Of a DNA stretch of 64,000 nucleotides, positions 55,132 to 63,748 are shown one piece after another. The notes beneath the pieces are model-generated. The model did no database searches, was not told the origin of the DNA, and saw only the letters and a program-made list of their open reading frames with translations. Every line of letters begins with the position of its first letter. Position 1 is the first letter of the stretch. The position numbers were made by a program, and so were the translations under genes. The stretch comes from a virus, in the IMG/VR virus record IMGVR_UViG_3300017971_000201, positions 95,665 to 159,664 of that record; one strand, given 5' to 3'.

Positions 55132-55706
55132 CGGCCGGCCGCCTTGTCGATCTCGCTCCTGAGCGTGCGGATCGCGCGCTCTCGGGCGGGGCCGCCGCCG
55201 TCCGCCTCGAAGAACTTGGTCAGCCCACTCACCAGGGCGTCGTACGCCTCGACCCGCTCCCGGGCCGCTGGGTCTGCCACGGCCGCGAGGCGCTCGACCG
55301 CGCTCGGGGGCTCGCCGCACTTCTGTCGGATGAGCTGCTTGGCGATCGGGCCGGCGTTCAGGACCGGGCCTGGCTCCCATGGCCGGCGTGGGTCCGGCGG
55401 GCCGATGAACAGGGGCGGTCGGTCAGCGCCGCCCCCGCTCATGTGCCCTTCCAGATCACGCCGGCGTCCTCGGGAAGCAGGTCGCCCAGCCGCGCGCTCG
55501 TGGATGGCCGCGAGGGCGTCGATCGCCGAAGCGGGCTCCAGCTCCCAGGCTTGCCGGATGAGGGGATCGGACCGGGTGAGGAGCCGCACCAACACCACCC
55601 CGGTCTCGTCGAGGTCGGGCCGCCACTCCCTCTCGTCTGAGATCACGAACCCGATCGTCCCGCACCGGGTTCGGACGGCCGCGCCACGTTGGAAGTGCTC
55701 GGTCAG
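55128..55706 (-). CDS. SH3-like protein with two tag copies (possible CTG start at 55706)
   Basis: SAIDALAAI and PSAVERLAAVA. Confidence 0.55.
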   Translation of the reverse strand: MTEHFQRGAAVRTRCGTIGFVISDEREWRPDLDETGVVLVRLLTRSDPLIRQAWELEPASAIDALAAIHERAAGRPASRGRRRDLEGHMSGGGADRPPLFIGPPDPRRPWEPGPVLNAGPIAKQLIRQKCGEPPSAVERLAAVADPAARERVEAYDALVSGLTKFFEADGGGPARERAIRTLRSEIDKAAGR

Positions 55707-55987
55707 CGCTGCCCCTCCTCGTGTTGGCCGAGCAAGCTATCCAGCGTCTCCATCATCGCGTCGTGAGCCACCAGATGTGCCCGGAGACCGTCGTCCGCTA
55801 CAGCCGATACACGCTCGATCGCAGACGGCTCGCTCTTCCCCATGGCCTCTCGAAGCGACAGCAGTCGGCCGAAGAAAATAGGAAACTCGGTACCGCAGAA
55901 CGGGCACGCTGTGAGGTCGTCGGTGTCCTCTGGCTCAAACGCCCTGAAGCGCTTGTTGCAGTGCGGACAGGTCACGGTGATGATCAC
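55703..55987 (-). CDS. Zn-ribbon protein with tag
   Basis: CPHC..CPFCG; PSAIERVSAVA. Confidence 0.6.
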   Translation of the reverse strand: MIITVTCPHCNKRFRAFEPEDTDDLTACPFCGTEFPIFFGRLLSLREAMGKSEPSAIERVSAVADDGLRAHLVAHDAMMETLDSLLGQHEEGQR

Positions 55988-56196
55988 GAGTCGCGCTCCT
56001 CGTGTAGCCTCGCCAGCTGGTCCACGGCCGGCTCGGGCTCCAGCCGCCACGTGTTGGTCACGAACCTGGCGCCATCATCGAGACAGACGAACCATCCCGA
56101 ACAGGTGGGGCGCGACGCGTCCGCCATGATCATGCCGGGCCGGCGCTTGCGCTTGCCGTACAGCTCCCGGTAGACGATCCGATCGCCGGGCTTCAT
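55984..56196 (-). CDS. SH3-like small protein with tag
   Basis: MKPGDRIVY...PAVDQLARL. Confidence 0.65.
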   Translation of the reverse strand: MKPGDRIVYRELYGKRKRRPGMIMADASRPTCSGWFVCLDDGARFVTNTWRLEPEPAVDQLARLHEERDS

Positions 56197-56450
56197 GGGC
56201 CGCTCCTCGCGATCTCGGCCAGCGCATCGACCGCCGACACCTCCCGCAGCTCGCTCTCGTAGAACCACTGGGCCTCGCCGCCGGTCAGCCGCCGCACCCA
56301 GGCCCACTTCTCGCCCGTGCCCTTCTCCCAGCCGCGATCCTCGGGCTCGTGGCCGACTCTCTCGATACGGACCAGGTTGCCGACGTAGCCGCGCACGCTC
56401 ATCGCGCTGGCGCGAACGACTCGGTAGACACGGCCCGGCTTGAGCTTCAT
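56193..56450 (-). CDS. SH3-like small protein with tag
   Basis: MKLKPGRVYRV...SAVDALAEIA. Confidence 0.65.
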   Translation of the reverse strand: MKLKPGRVYRVVRASAMSVRGYVGNLVRIERVGHEPEDRGWEKGTGEKWAWVRRLTGGEAQWFYESELREVSAVDALAEIARSGP

Positions 56451-56655
56451 GGCCACCCCGCGAACACGCGCTTGACGCAGTGGTAGCAGGTCGGCCGGCC
56501 TTCCGCCGTCTCGGTGATGCGCCACACGTGGCTGCACAGGGACAGCCGCCACGTGGGGTCGGCCCGGTCCTCCTCGGTGCCCTCCCGATCGTCGGGCGGC
56601 CGGATGATGTGCCAGACGGTGCTCGTGGGGCCGCGTCCGATCACATGGCCGCCGC

Positions 56656-57021
56656 TCACGACAGCTCTCCCAGGTCGGTCACCACGTCGCGCATGTCGGC
56701 CAGCTCGTCGATGATCCGGCGGGCGTGCTCCTTGGTGATCTCCTCGGCGGTCAGCTCCATGAGGCGCATCTGCGCGAGGGTGTACGCCTCGGGATGACGG
56801 GCCGCGACCCAGCTGAGGATCTCGGCCAGCGAGTCCCGGCCCCGGTTGACCGCGCCGATCGCGATCTTCGTCGCCTCGTCGAGGTCGGCAGGCACGGGCA
56901 CAGGGGGGCGCTTGACCCGCGCGACTAGGACCGCGTCCTCGGCCATGCGCACGACGAATGACAGGTTCACCACCGCATCGGCGAGCCGGTCTCGGTCCTC
57001 CTCGGTCGGCCGGCGGATCAC
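56656..57021 (-). CDS. hypothetical protein
   Basis: Coupled; ends DVVTDLGEL. Confidence 0.6.
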   Translation of the reverse strand: MIRRPTEEDRDRLADAVVNLSFVVRMAEDAVLVARVKRPPVPVPADLDEATKIAIGAVNRGRDSLAEILSWVAARHPEAYTLAQMRLMELTAEEITKEHARRIIDELADMRDVVTDLGELS

Positions 57022-57314
57022 GGCGACACCAGCCGGGCGAGCTGGTCCACGGCCGACAGTCCTTGGATCTCCCGCCGCACCACCTTGTAGGTCTCGTCGT
57101 CCCGGCCGTTGCGGGTGACCGACCAGCCGTACTGGTGCCAGTGCTCCCGCACCGCCCAGTGCTCGAGCTGGCAGGCTGGGTTCTGCTTGAGGGCCGCGAC
57201 CCGGGCCTCGACGAGCTTGCGGGCCGCCTCGTGGGCCTGCTCCTGGGTCGCCCAGATCTCCACGGTCTGGAGCACCTGGTTCTGGACGGTCCAGACGACA
57301 TCGGACCGCGTCAT
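57018..57314 (-). CDS. hypothetical protein with tag
   Basis: SAVDQLARLV. Confidence 0.65.
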   Translation of the reverse strand: MTRSDVVWTVQNQVLQTVEIWATQEQAHEAARKLVEARVAALKQNPACQLEHWAVREHWHQYGWSVTRNGRDDETYKVVRREIQGLSAVDQLARLVSP

Positions 57315-57664
57315 GCGCTCCCCAGCCGCTCGGCCAGGAGGTCGATGGCAGATGGATCCGTCGTCCCGTGCACCAGGAAGTTGTAGACCGGCAGGAACGT
57401 GCTCTCGTCGGAAGACACGGCCAGCTGCAGTTCCTCGGTCTCGAGCGATGGCTGGTCCGGTGAGCTGCGGAGCACAGCCAAGATGCCGTAGTCGCGCGAG
57501 TGCAGTGCGACCGATCGATCGTTCAGGTAGACCCGGGTCACGTTGTTCCTGCCCGCGCGGATCTCTGCTACGCCGGCGCGCGGCGAGGTCGCCAGCAGCG
57601 TCCGCAGGTGGTCCAGCGCCTGTCTGACCCGCCGGTCGCGCGCGGCGAAGCGTAGCTCGATCAT
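57311..57664 (-). CDS. hypothetical protein with tag
   Basis: PSAIDLLAERL. Confidence 0.6.
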   Translation of the reverse strand: MIELRFAARDRRVRQALDHLRTLLATSPRAGVAEIRAGRNNVTRVYLNDRSVALHSRDYGILAVLRSSPDQPSLETEELQLAVSSDESTFLPVYNFLVHGTTDPSAIDLLAERLGSA

Positions 57665-57828
57665 CGCTTCATCACCTGCCCGGCCCCGGCCGCACAGTCC
57701 CATTCGCACCCGGGGTCACCGCACACGCACTGGCCCCGCACCAGGTTGACCGTCAGCCAGGTGCCGCTCTCCACGATCTCTTGGAGCGTCAACGCGTCGA
57801 GATGGCCATGGTAGACAGGTCGCTTCAT
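57661..57828 (-). CDS. 55-aa hypothetical protein (not in ORF track)
   Basis: ATG 6 nt after TAGAAC; coupled to both neighbours. Confidence 0.55.
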   Translation of the reverse strand: MKRPVYHGHLDALTLQEIVESGTWLTVNLVRGQCVCGDPGCEWDCAAGAGQVMKR

Positions 57829-58043
57829 GTGATCGTTCTACCCCCGTCTTCCTCGACCAGCCGGATCAGTTGGCAGTTGGCCTCGATGTTCTTCGGGTAG
57901 ACGTCGATCCAGAATGGCGCTGGCCAGCCGCTCGGGATCGACCACGTGTAGTTGGGATCGTCGCGCAGGAGGTCCATCAGCTCCCGCATGGCGTCCTTGC
58001 CGTGAAAGCGAATGGCGCCGCAGGCTAGCCGCTCCCATCTCAT
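57825..58043 (-). CDS. hypothetical protein
   Basis: Coupled ORF. Confidence 0.55.
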   Translation of the reverse strand: MRWERLACGAIRFHGKDAMRELMDLLRDDPNYTWSIPSGWPAPFWIDVYPKNIEANCQLIRLVEEDGGRTIT

Positions 58044-58255
58044 AGCCGACGCAGATCCTTCGACACCCGGCGCGGCAGGTAGCAGTTCTCCTCGTGCTTA
58101 TTGCCGTGCTGCTCGCAGAACGGACAGGCCAACATCCGATCCTTGTGGCGCCAATCGTCGAACTTGATGTAGATCTCCGGGCTGCACTGCGTGTCGTAGT
58201 AGAACCGCCGGTACAGGTTCCGAAAGAAGCGGTAGATCCGATACACGATGCTCAT
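58040..58255 (-). CDS. hypothetical protein
   Basis: Leaderless after TAGAAC; CPFC..H...C. Confidence 0.6.
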   Translation of the reverse strand: MSIVYRIYRFFRNLYRRFYYDTQCSPEIYIKFDDWRHKDRMLACPFCEQHGNKHEENCYLPRRVSKDLRRL

Positions 58256-58572
58256 ACTGTCGTTCTACCCAGCTCGTCGAGCGCCTCTCTCAGACCGTGT
58301 AGCATGGTCGGCTCCTTCCAGAGCGCGGCCAGCTCATCGACGGCCGAGTCCGGGTGACCAAGCACGCGGCGAAGCGCTAGCTCCTCCTTGTGGTAGGGCC
58401 GTAGGTCCCGCGCCTTGCGGATGATCGTCGTGGCGAGCGCCTCGACCATCTGCGCACGAGTCCGTCGGCTGAACTCTCCTTCCTGGGCAGGCTCGTCGAG
58501 CGGACCGTCCTTGATACCGCGCTCGCGGTCGGCGGTCAGGACGAGTTGTTGCGCTACGGTCAGCCGGGGCAT
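58252..58572 (-). CDS. hypothetical protein with tag
   Basis: SAVDELAAL. Confidence 0.55.
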   Translation of the reverse strand: MPRLTVAQQLVLTADRERGIKDGPLDEPAQEGEFSRRTRAQMVEALATTIIRKARDLRPYHKEELALRRVLGHPDSAVDELAALWKEPTMLHGLREALDELGRTTV

Positions 58573-58904
58573 GTATCCGCGACCTCTCCTTCAGAACTTC
58601 CGACGCGGTTAGCTGCGCGAAAGCCCAGCACCTCGCCACAGAGCGAGATCATCACATCACATCCGACGATGGCGCGCGTCTTCGGATCGTCGCCCGCCTC
58701 CCTCATGGCCTCACGCGCCCGAAGCTGGATAGCCTCAACTTCCTCTGTGCTCAAGGTGTCGTACCACTCGTCGTTGAGCGAGATGCGGCGCACAGGGCGA
58801 CCGACATTCTCGTGAAAGCGGCAGCAGGCGCCGCAGTACTTGTTCAGGACATCGTTCGGGTTGTAGCTCGTCATCCCGCAGCGCGGGCAAGTGATCGATT
58901 CCAT
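58560..58904 (-). CDS. Zn-finger hypothetical protein
   Basis: ITCPRCGMTSYNPND...YCGAC. Confidence 0.6.
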   Translation of the reverse strand: MESITCPRCGMTSYNPNDVLNKYCGACCRFHENVGRPVRRISLNDEWYDTLSTEEVEAIQLRAREAMREAGDDPKTRAIVGCDVMISLCGEVLGFRAANRVGSSEGEVADTCPG

Positions 58905-59236
58905 CAGCTACCGGCCCTTCTCGCGGCGCGCGTCCGATGCTGCTTCGGCTGCTCGGTGCCGTCTCCTGTCTTCGGGTCGTAGTAGTGCCACACGTTCCGG
59001 CCGCTTCTCGCGCACCACCTCTTCGTTCGCGCGGCCTGATCCTTCTTGAACAGGTCGCCGAGGATCCGATGCGCCACGCGATCCGAGACCTGGGCGCGTT
59101 GCCGCAGCATCTCCACGGTCACCCCTCCGGTGATCCGCTCTCCCTCCAGCGCGGACAGGGCCAGCTCCCTTGTGTTCTTGCTGCCCGTCACCGGAACCTC
59201 TCTCGCCACAACGCGTACCACTCCGACTGCTGACAC
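58904..59236 (-). CDS. winged-HTH-like protein
   Basis: VTVEMLRQRAQVSDRVAHRILGDL...VWHYY. Confidence 0.5.
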   Translation of the reverse strand: MSAVGVVRVVAREVPVTGSKNTRELALSALEGERITGGVTVEMLRQRAQVSDRVAHRILGDLFKKDQAARTKRWCARSGRNVWHYYDPKTGDGTEQPKQHRTRAARRAGS

Positions 59237-59450
59237 GCGATGTCTGTCTGCAAGCGCCGCTCATGGATGCACCCGCAGGCACGGCACCAGACCAAGCCGG
59301 TCACGCGAACCAGGAGCGCCTGCTTCTCGCGCCGCTTCTTCTCGGCCTCTTCCTTCCGCCGCTGCTCCCGGGCGTCGCGCTCCAGCTCTGCTCTCGGGCG
59401 ACTCGGCCAGTTGTCCATCAGGCTGCCGCTCATCCCTCCGTACCTGCCCA

Positions 59451-59783
59451 TCACGCACCTCCCCACGGTGGTTCCTCGCGCCACGGGGCCGGATCGTCTG
59501 GCGACCCACCCAGCCGGCGCCACTCCATGTCGAGCACCCGCATCACGAACTCGGAGGCGAGCGCGCCGTGCGCGGCGAAGTCCAGCGCCTTGTGCAGGCC
59601 GCGCCGGACGCGAGCCGTCTCGTCTTCACCGGGCGGCTCGGCCACGTGACCCAGCTGATCCACGGCTGACGGCGGCAGCAACTCGCGGATCATCTCCACG
59701 AGCCGAGCGTCGAGCTGGCGGTCAGACCCTTCGCAGAGCAGGGACAGCACCTCGTAGTTTGGCTGCTGCTCCTCGTCGCTCAC
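59451..59783 (-). CDS. hypothetical protein with tag
   Basis: PSAVDQLGHVA. Confidence 0.55.
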   Translation of the reverse strand: MSDEEQQPNYEVLSLLCEGSDRQLDARLVEMIRELLPPSAVDQLGHVAEPPGEDETARVRRGLHKALDFAAHGALASEFVMRVLDMEWRRLGGSPDDPAPWREEPPWGGA

Positions 59784-60037
59784 GCCAACCTCCCCAGCTC
59801 CATCACCGCATCGGGGTAGCGGTAGTCGTCTTCGTTGACCCACTGCTGGTGGCCGCCCGCCCACAGCACCTTCATGCGACGACGCGGGCTCTCTGGTCCA
59901 AACCGCATCGGCCGGTAGGGGATGGTGACGTACGCCACGTACGACTCGTCCGCGCGCAGGCACACGATGTCGCCCTCCTTGAACGAGCGCCGAGTCGGCG
60001 GCCGTTGGCGATTGGCGATGTAGAACGCCCGCTTCAA
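59780..60037 (-). CDS. SH3-like small protein with tag
   Basis: FKEGDIVCL...DAVMELGRLA. Confidence 0.55.
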   Translation of the reverse strand: MKRAFYIANRQRPPTRRSFKEGDIVCLRADESYVAYVTIPYRPMRFGPESPRRRMKVLWAGGHQQWVNEDDYRYPDAVMELGRLA

Positions 60038-60516
60038 CTGGTCTCCTTCAGGGGATCCCACATGCCGCACGCGCGGCACTGCGGCGTGCCGCTCGGGTCG
60101 GCCGGGCACTTCCACCAGCCGGGCACGATGTCGGCCTTCTGCGTCGGCTCGTGCTCCCAGTGCTCGAGCCGGTGTTGGGCGTCGCCGATGATCTTCGCGT
60201 ACAGCTCGCACTTCTCGTCGTGCGCCTTGAAGCGCAGCTTGTTCAGGCGAGCGTCCAGCTCCCGCGCCTGCTCCTTCTTGTGCGTGTCCAGCTGCTCCAG
60301 CAGCCAGACGCACAGGTCGGCGTGGTCCGGCCACGTGTCGGTCGCGCCGGTCGCCTCCTGCCAGCGCTTGATCGCGCGCATGTCCGCGTCCCATCGCAGG
60401 TCAGCGCTGGCCTGGAACTCTGCGATCTCCTGGCGCAACCGCTTGATCTCCGCCGACCGCTCCTCGCACAGCCCGCGAAGAAGGTCGCTCGCGTCGGTTC
60501 GCTCATCACCGATCAT
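60034..60516 (-). CDS. hypothetical coiled-coil protein
   Basis: AGGAG RBS; WPDHADLCVWLL. Confidence 0.65.
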   Translation of the reverse strand: MIGDERTDASDLLRGLCEERSAEIKRLRQEIAEFQASADLRWDADMRAIKRWQEATGATDTWPDHADLCVWLLEQLDTHKKEQARELDARLNKLRFKAHDEKCELYAKIIGDAQHRLEHWEHEPTQKADIVPGWWKCPADPSGTPQCRACGMWDPLKETS

Positions 60517-60570
60517 GCCGTCTCCTGATTCAGGTAGATCGGCCTCAGCACCTCCTCCCGGACCGATCGC

Positions 60571-60930
60571 TTACTGCCCATCACTCGCTCCTCCCCAGTC
60601 GTCGGCCGTAATCTCGGCCGTAGTCGGCGCCGGCACTGGCCTCGGCGCGGCGAGCCACACGTGCTCGTGGTCCGGCACGTAGACCACCGAGCCGATGTCG
60701 CCGCTGACGACGAGCCAGCCGTGCGGCGTGGCGGTACGGCGGACCGGCTTCATCTGCATCGTGTCCACCGGCACAGACTCCCAGAGGGCGTCGATCTTCT
60801 CGGCCGGCGTACCCTTGGCCGGACCGCTCGCCGGAGGACAGCCTTGCAGTGTCCACCCGGCGACGCCACAGAGCACGACGAACGTGATCCAGAAGATGGG
60901 TTCCCGCCGCCGGTCACCGAAGACTCGCAT
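60571..60930 (-). CDS. putative lipoprotein
   Basis: Basic N-terminus, hydrophobic stretch, LQGC lipobox-like. Confidence 0.55.
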   Translation of the reverse strand: MRVFGDRRREPIFWITFVVLCGVAGWTLQGCPPASGPAKGTPAEKIDALWESVPVDTMQMKPVRRTATPHGWLVVSGDIGSVVYVPDHEHVWLAAPRPVPAPTTAEITADDWGGASDGQ

Positions 60931-60947
60931 CGTTTCCTCCTGGTGAA

Positions 60948-60983
60948 GTTCTACCCCGGACCGGAGACGCCGCTGGGTAGAAC
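60948..60983. promoter_or_regulatory. back-to-back divergent GGGTAGAAC promoters
   Basis: GTTCTACCC at 60948 and GGGTAGAAC at 60975 between divergent genes. Confidence 0.75.
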
Positions 60984-60989
60984 CTGAGC

Positions 60990-61181
60990 ATGACCCCTAC
61001 ACAAGAATGGCGCGTGTTCCAGATGATCGTGCTTGTCGTGCTCGCCGCCTGCCTCACGACAATGGCGCTGGCCGCGCCGACGGACGGGCGCTACGCGAAC
61101 GGTAACGGGCCGATCCACTGGAGGAGCTGGGCCGAGTCCGACATCGCCTACTGGCCGGTTGAGGAAGAGGAGACCAACTGA
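60990..61181 (+). CDS. small secreted or membrane protein
   Basis: Leaderless ATG; hydrophobic N-terminal helix. Confidence 0.55.
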   Translation: MTPTQEWRVFQMIVLVVLAACLTTMALAAPTDGRYANGNGPIHWRSWAESDIAYWPVEEEETN

Positions 61182-61445
61182 TGGACAAGCACGGCAACAC
61201 GACCGCCCAGGAGGGATGCGACCGCTGCCTCTGCGGCAGCAAGTACTGGGAGAACGACAAGTGCATCGGCTGCGGAGCGCGCGCCGAGGAGCGGACATCG
61301 TCGCGAGCGACAGCTGGCGAGCGATCCGGCTGAAGCTGGCCGACATCGAAGACAACCTCTCGGATCTTCCCGAGAACCATGGACTGAGAAAGCGCTACGA
61401 GCGAGCGAGGTCGGCGCTGACCAAGGCGCTGGAGGAGATGAGCTG

Positions 61446-61922
61446 ATGTGCGTCCGTCATGTGAAGATCACCGAGCACTTCTTGCAGTCCGCTCAGCAAC
61501 GGCTGGAGGAGCAGGACATTGCCCGTCTCTGGCGCGTGCTCTCCGACGGACGGCTCTTCAAGCTGGCCGAGAAGCTGCGGCCCGGAGAGAAGGGAGCGGT
61601 TGGTATCGGCTCCGGCTACGTCATCTTCTGCGAGGACAGCGAAGATGCCGGACTCCTTGCACTGCTCACGCTTCTTGGTAGGGGCTCGAGCGACAGCATC
61701 CAACGGCGACGGGACACTCGCTTGATGCGCCTGCCGTCATCGACAACCGACATGCCGAAGAGCAGCGTCGGGCAAATCTCGTCAGATCTGGAGGTCTACG
61801 AGTGGGGCAACGGCGTGGTCATCGAGCCTGCTGGTACCGACTGGCGACTCGAGCTGTCGGTCGAGGAAGCCAGGAAGCTGTCCGAGGATCTGCGAATCAT
61901 GACCGGAGAGGTAGAACCGTAG
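61446..61922 (+). CDS. hypothetical protein
   Basis: 158-aa coupled ORF. Confidence 0.6.
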   Translation: MCVRHVKITEHFLQSAQQRLEEQDIARLWRVLSDGRLFKLAEKLRPGEKGAVGIGSGYVIFCEDSEDAGLLALLTLLGRGSSDSIQRRRDTRLMRLPSSTTDMPKSSVGQISSDLEVYEWGNGVVIEPAGTDWRLELSVEEARKLSEDLRIMTGEVEP

Positions 61923-61923
61923 T

Positions 61924-62535
61924 ATGAGCGACGAGCGGCTCTACCCCGGCATCGAAGTTCACCAGGCCAACACAGCTGGTCGACGGCCGGACACGTTCCT
62001 GCTGACGCCAGAAGGATGGGTCGTTGAGATCGGCCGGGCCGCGCACACGGTTCTGCTGGAGGTCGTCAACAGCCCGGAATGGGAGATCGGCCAGCGGCAC
62101 ATGCTGAGTCGAGCGTCCGTGAAGGACGATGCGGAAGAGATGCTCTGCATTACCCAGGTGCTCCGACAAACGCCGGCGGGCTACGGAGTGCGCTTCATCA
62201 CCGGCACTGGCGGACTCGTGCTCCTGGCCGGCACCCTCTCGGCCGTCGCCGAGGAGAACGGCGTGGGCAACGACGGGAGTGGGCTGATCGAGTGGTTCGA
62301 GAAGCTGGCCGACGGCAACCGCCTCGCGTTCGGCTCCTGGTCGATGTTCTGGAACCGGGTCACGATGACCGCGCACGCCGCAACGGAGGGCAGCGTGTCT
62401 CACGACCACTATTCGAAGGTCGTGCGATCGGCATCGACCTACCGCAAGCCGGGGCAGAAGATCAAGCGCAACAGCCGGTGTCCGTGCGGCAGCCGGAGGA
62501 AGTGGAAGAAGTGCTGCGGCCGGAGAGCACCATGA
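61924..62535 (+). CDS. SEC-C motif protein
   Basis: KIKRNSRCPCGSRRKWKKCCG. Confidence 0.85.
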   Translation: MSDERLYPGIEVHQANTAGRRPDTFLLTPEGWVVEIGRAAHTVLLEVVNSPEWEIGQRHMLSRASVKDDAEEMLCITQVLRQTPAGYGVRFITGTGGLVLLAGTLSAVAEENGVGNDGSGLIEWFEKLADGNRLAFGSWSMFWNRVTMTAHAATEGSVSHDHYSKVVRSASTYRKPGQKIKRNSRCPCGSRRKWKKCCGRRAP

Positions 62536-62864
62536 CTCCCGAGGAGAGACAGCTCTACGAGGCGATGAGTCTCGAGCTGGAAGAGCTGAAGGCCGAGAGC
62601 GATCGACTCGCCAACGGCTCCTGGTGGTACCGGCTGGTGCACAGCTGGGGGTACTGGCGGCGTGAGGCCGACTTCGATCGCCGTCTCGACGCTATGTGGA
62701 ACGACACCGTCGAGGGGCTCGAGAAGACGGTGGCTGATCGGGGGGCCGAACCGGACACCAGGAACCAGGCGATCACGTTCCTCGCCCAGGCCGACCAACT
62801 CAACGCTCGGAAGAAGGCGTTGAAGGAAGTGCGCGAGGGCCGGCGGAGGATCGAGGATCTATGA
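62532..62864 (+). CDS. hypothetical protein
   Basis: Coupled ORF. Confidence 0.6.
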   Translation: MTPEERQLYEAMSLELEELKAESDRLANGSWWYRLVHSWGYWRREADFDRRLDAMWNDTVEGLEKTVADRGAEPDTRNQAITFLAQADQLNARKKALKEVREGRRRIEDL

Positions 62865-62883
62865 GCGACCAGACGATGCACCC

Positions 62884-63261
62884 GTGAAGCGCTACTTCCT
62901 GACGGCTCGGATGATCGAGATGAAGGTCGAGCCGCTCGACCTGGAGCCGAAGCCGCGCTTCCGTGACGGCGAGGTCGCGTGGCAGATAGGGCCTGGAGAG
63001 TTCGCCCATCGCCGGCAGCTCGTGCGAGTGCTGGAGACGAAGGTCTATCCCCGCAAGACGGAGGTCCGGCCGCACACCATCTTCGGCGAGGAGGGGCGGA
63101 TCGATTACCGCGTGGAAGCGGCCGAGCGGTGGCGGGACGCACTGGGCAACCTCCAACCAGACGGCTGGTGGTGGTTGCGAGAGGCATGGCTCGAACCGTC
63201 GTCGGCCGTCGACCGCCTCGGGTCTCTGGTCAGCGCTGACGAGGAGGAACCGTGCCGCTGA
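62884..63261 (+). CDS. SH3-like protein with tag
   Basis: RFRDGEVAW...SSAVDRLGSLV. Confidence 0.6.
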   Translation: MKRYFLTARMIEMKVEPLDLEPKPRFRDGEVAWQIGPGEFAHRRQLVRVLETKVYPRKTEVRPHTIFGEEGRIDYRVEAAERWRDALGNLQPDGWWWLREAWLEPSSAVDRLGSLVSADEEEPCR

Positions 63262-63494
63262 CGTACCTCATCGGCGAGCAGGTCTGGGTCGCGGTCGCCA
63301 CGCAGACGGCGCCGGGAAACGTCGCGTGGTGTCGGGGCGAGGTCGTCGAGAACCGGGTGTGGCGCTTTCCTCACCGCGTGTCGGTCGTGTTCCGCTCCTA
63401 CACCGGCGAGAAGGTCCGCGCATCGTTCGGTCACGACGAGATCCGGCCGGTCTCCGCCATCGAACGGCTTGGCGAGGTCGTCCGTGAGACCTAA
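63252..63494 (+). CDS. SH3-like small protein with tag
   Basis: YLIGEQVWV...SAIERLGEVV. Confidence 0.6.
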   Translation: MPLTYLIGEQVWVAVATQTAPGNVAWCRGEVVENRVWRFPHRVSVVFRSYTGEKVRASFGHDEIRPVSAIERLGEVVRET

Positions 63495-63735
63495 GCGCAT
63501 CCGCTGCCATTGCTGCCAACGGCTCATGTCGTTCGTGCCCCACAAGCCTGGCGATGCGATCCGACGACAGCCCCCGAACGCCGGCCACTGCCTGGACTGC
63601 ACGCCAAGGAACAAGCGCCACCAGCCGACGCGGAGATGGCGCAACGGCGAGCCGGTGCCCACGTGTGCGCAGCGCGGATGCACGCCAGCGTCGGCCGTGG
63701 ACAAGCTCGCAGCCCTGGGTAGAACGAAGGCATGA
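63469..63735 (+). CDS. Cys-rich protein with tag
   Basis: SAVDKLAALG. Confidence 0.5.
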   Translation: MARSSVRPKRIRCHCCQRLMSFVPHKPGDAIRRQPPNAGHCLDCTPRNKRHQPTRRWRNGEPVPTCAQRGCTPASAVDKLAALGRTKA

Positions 63736-63748
63736 AGCGAGAGATGAC

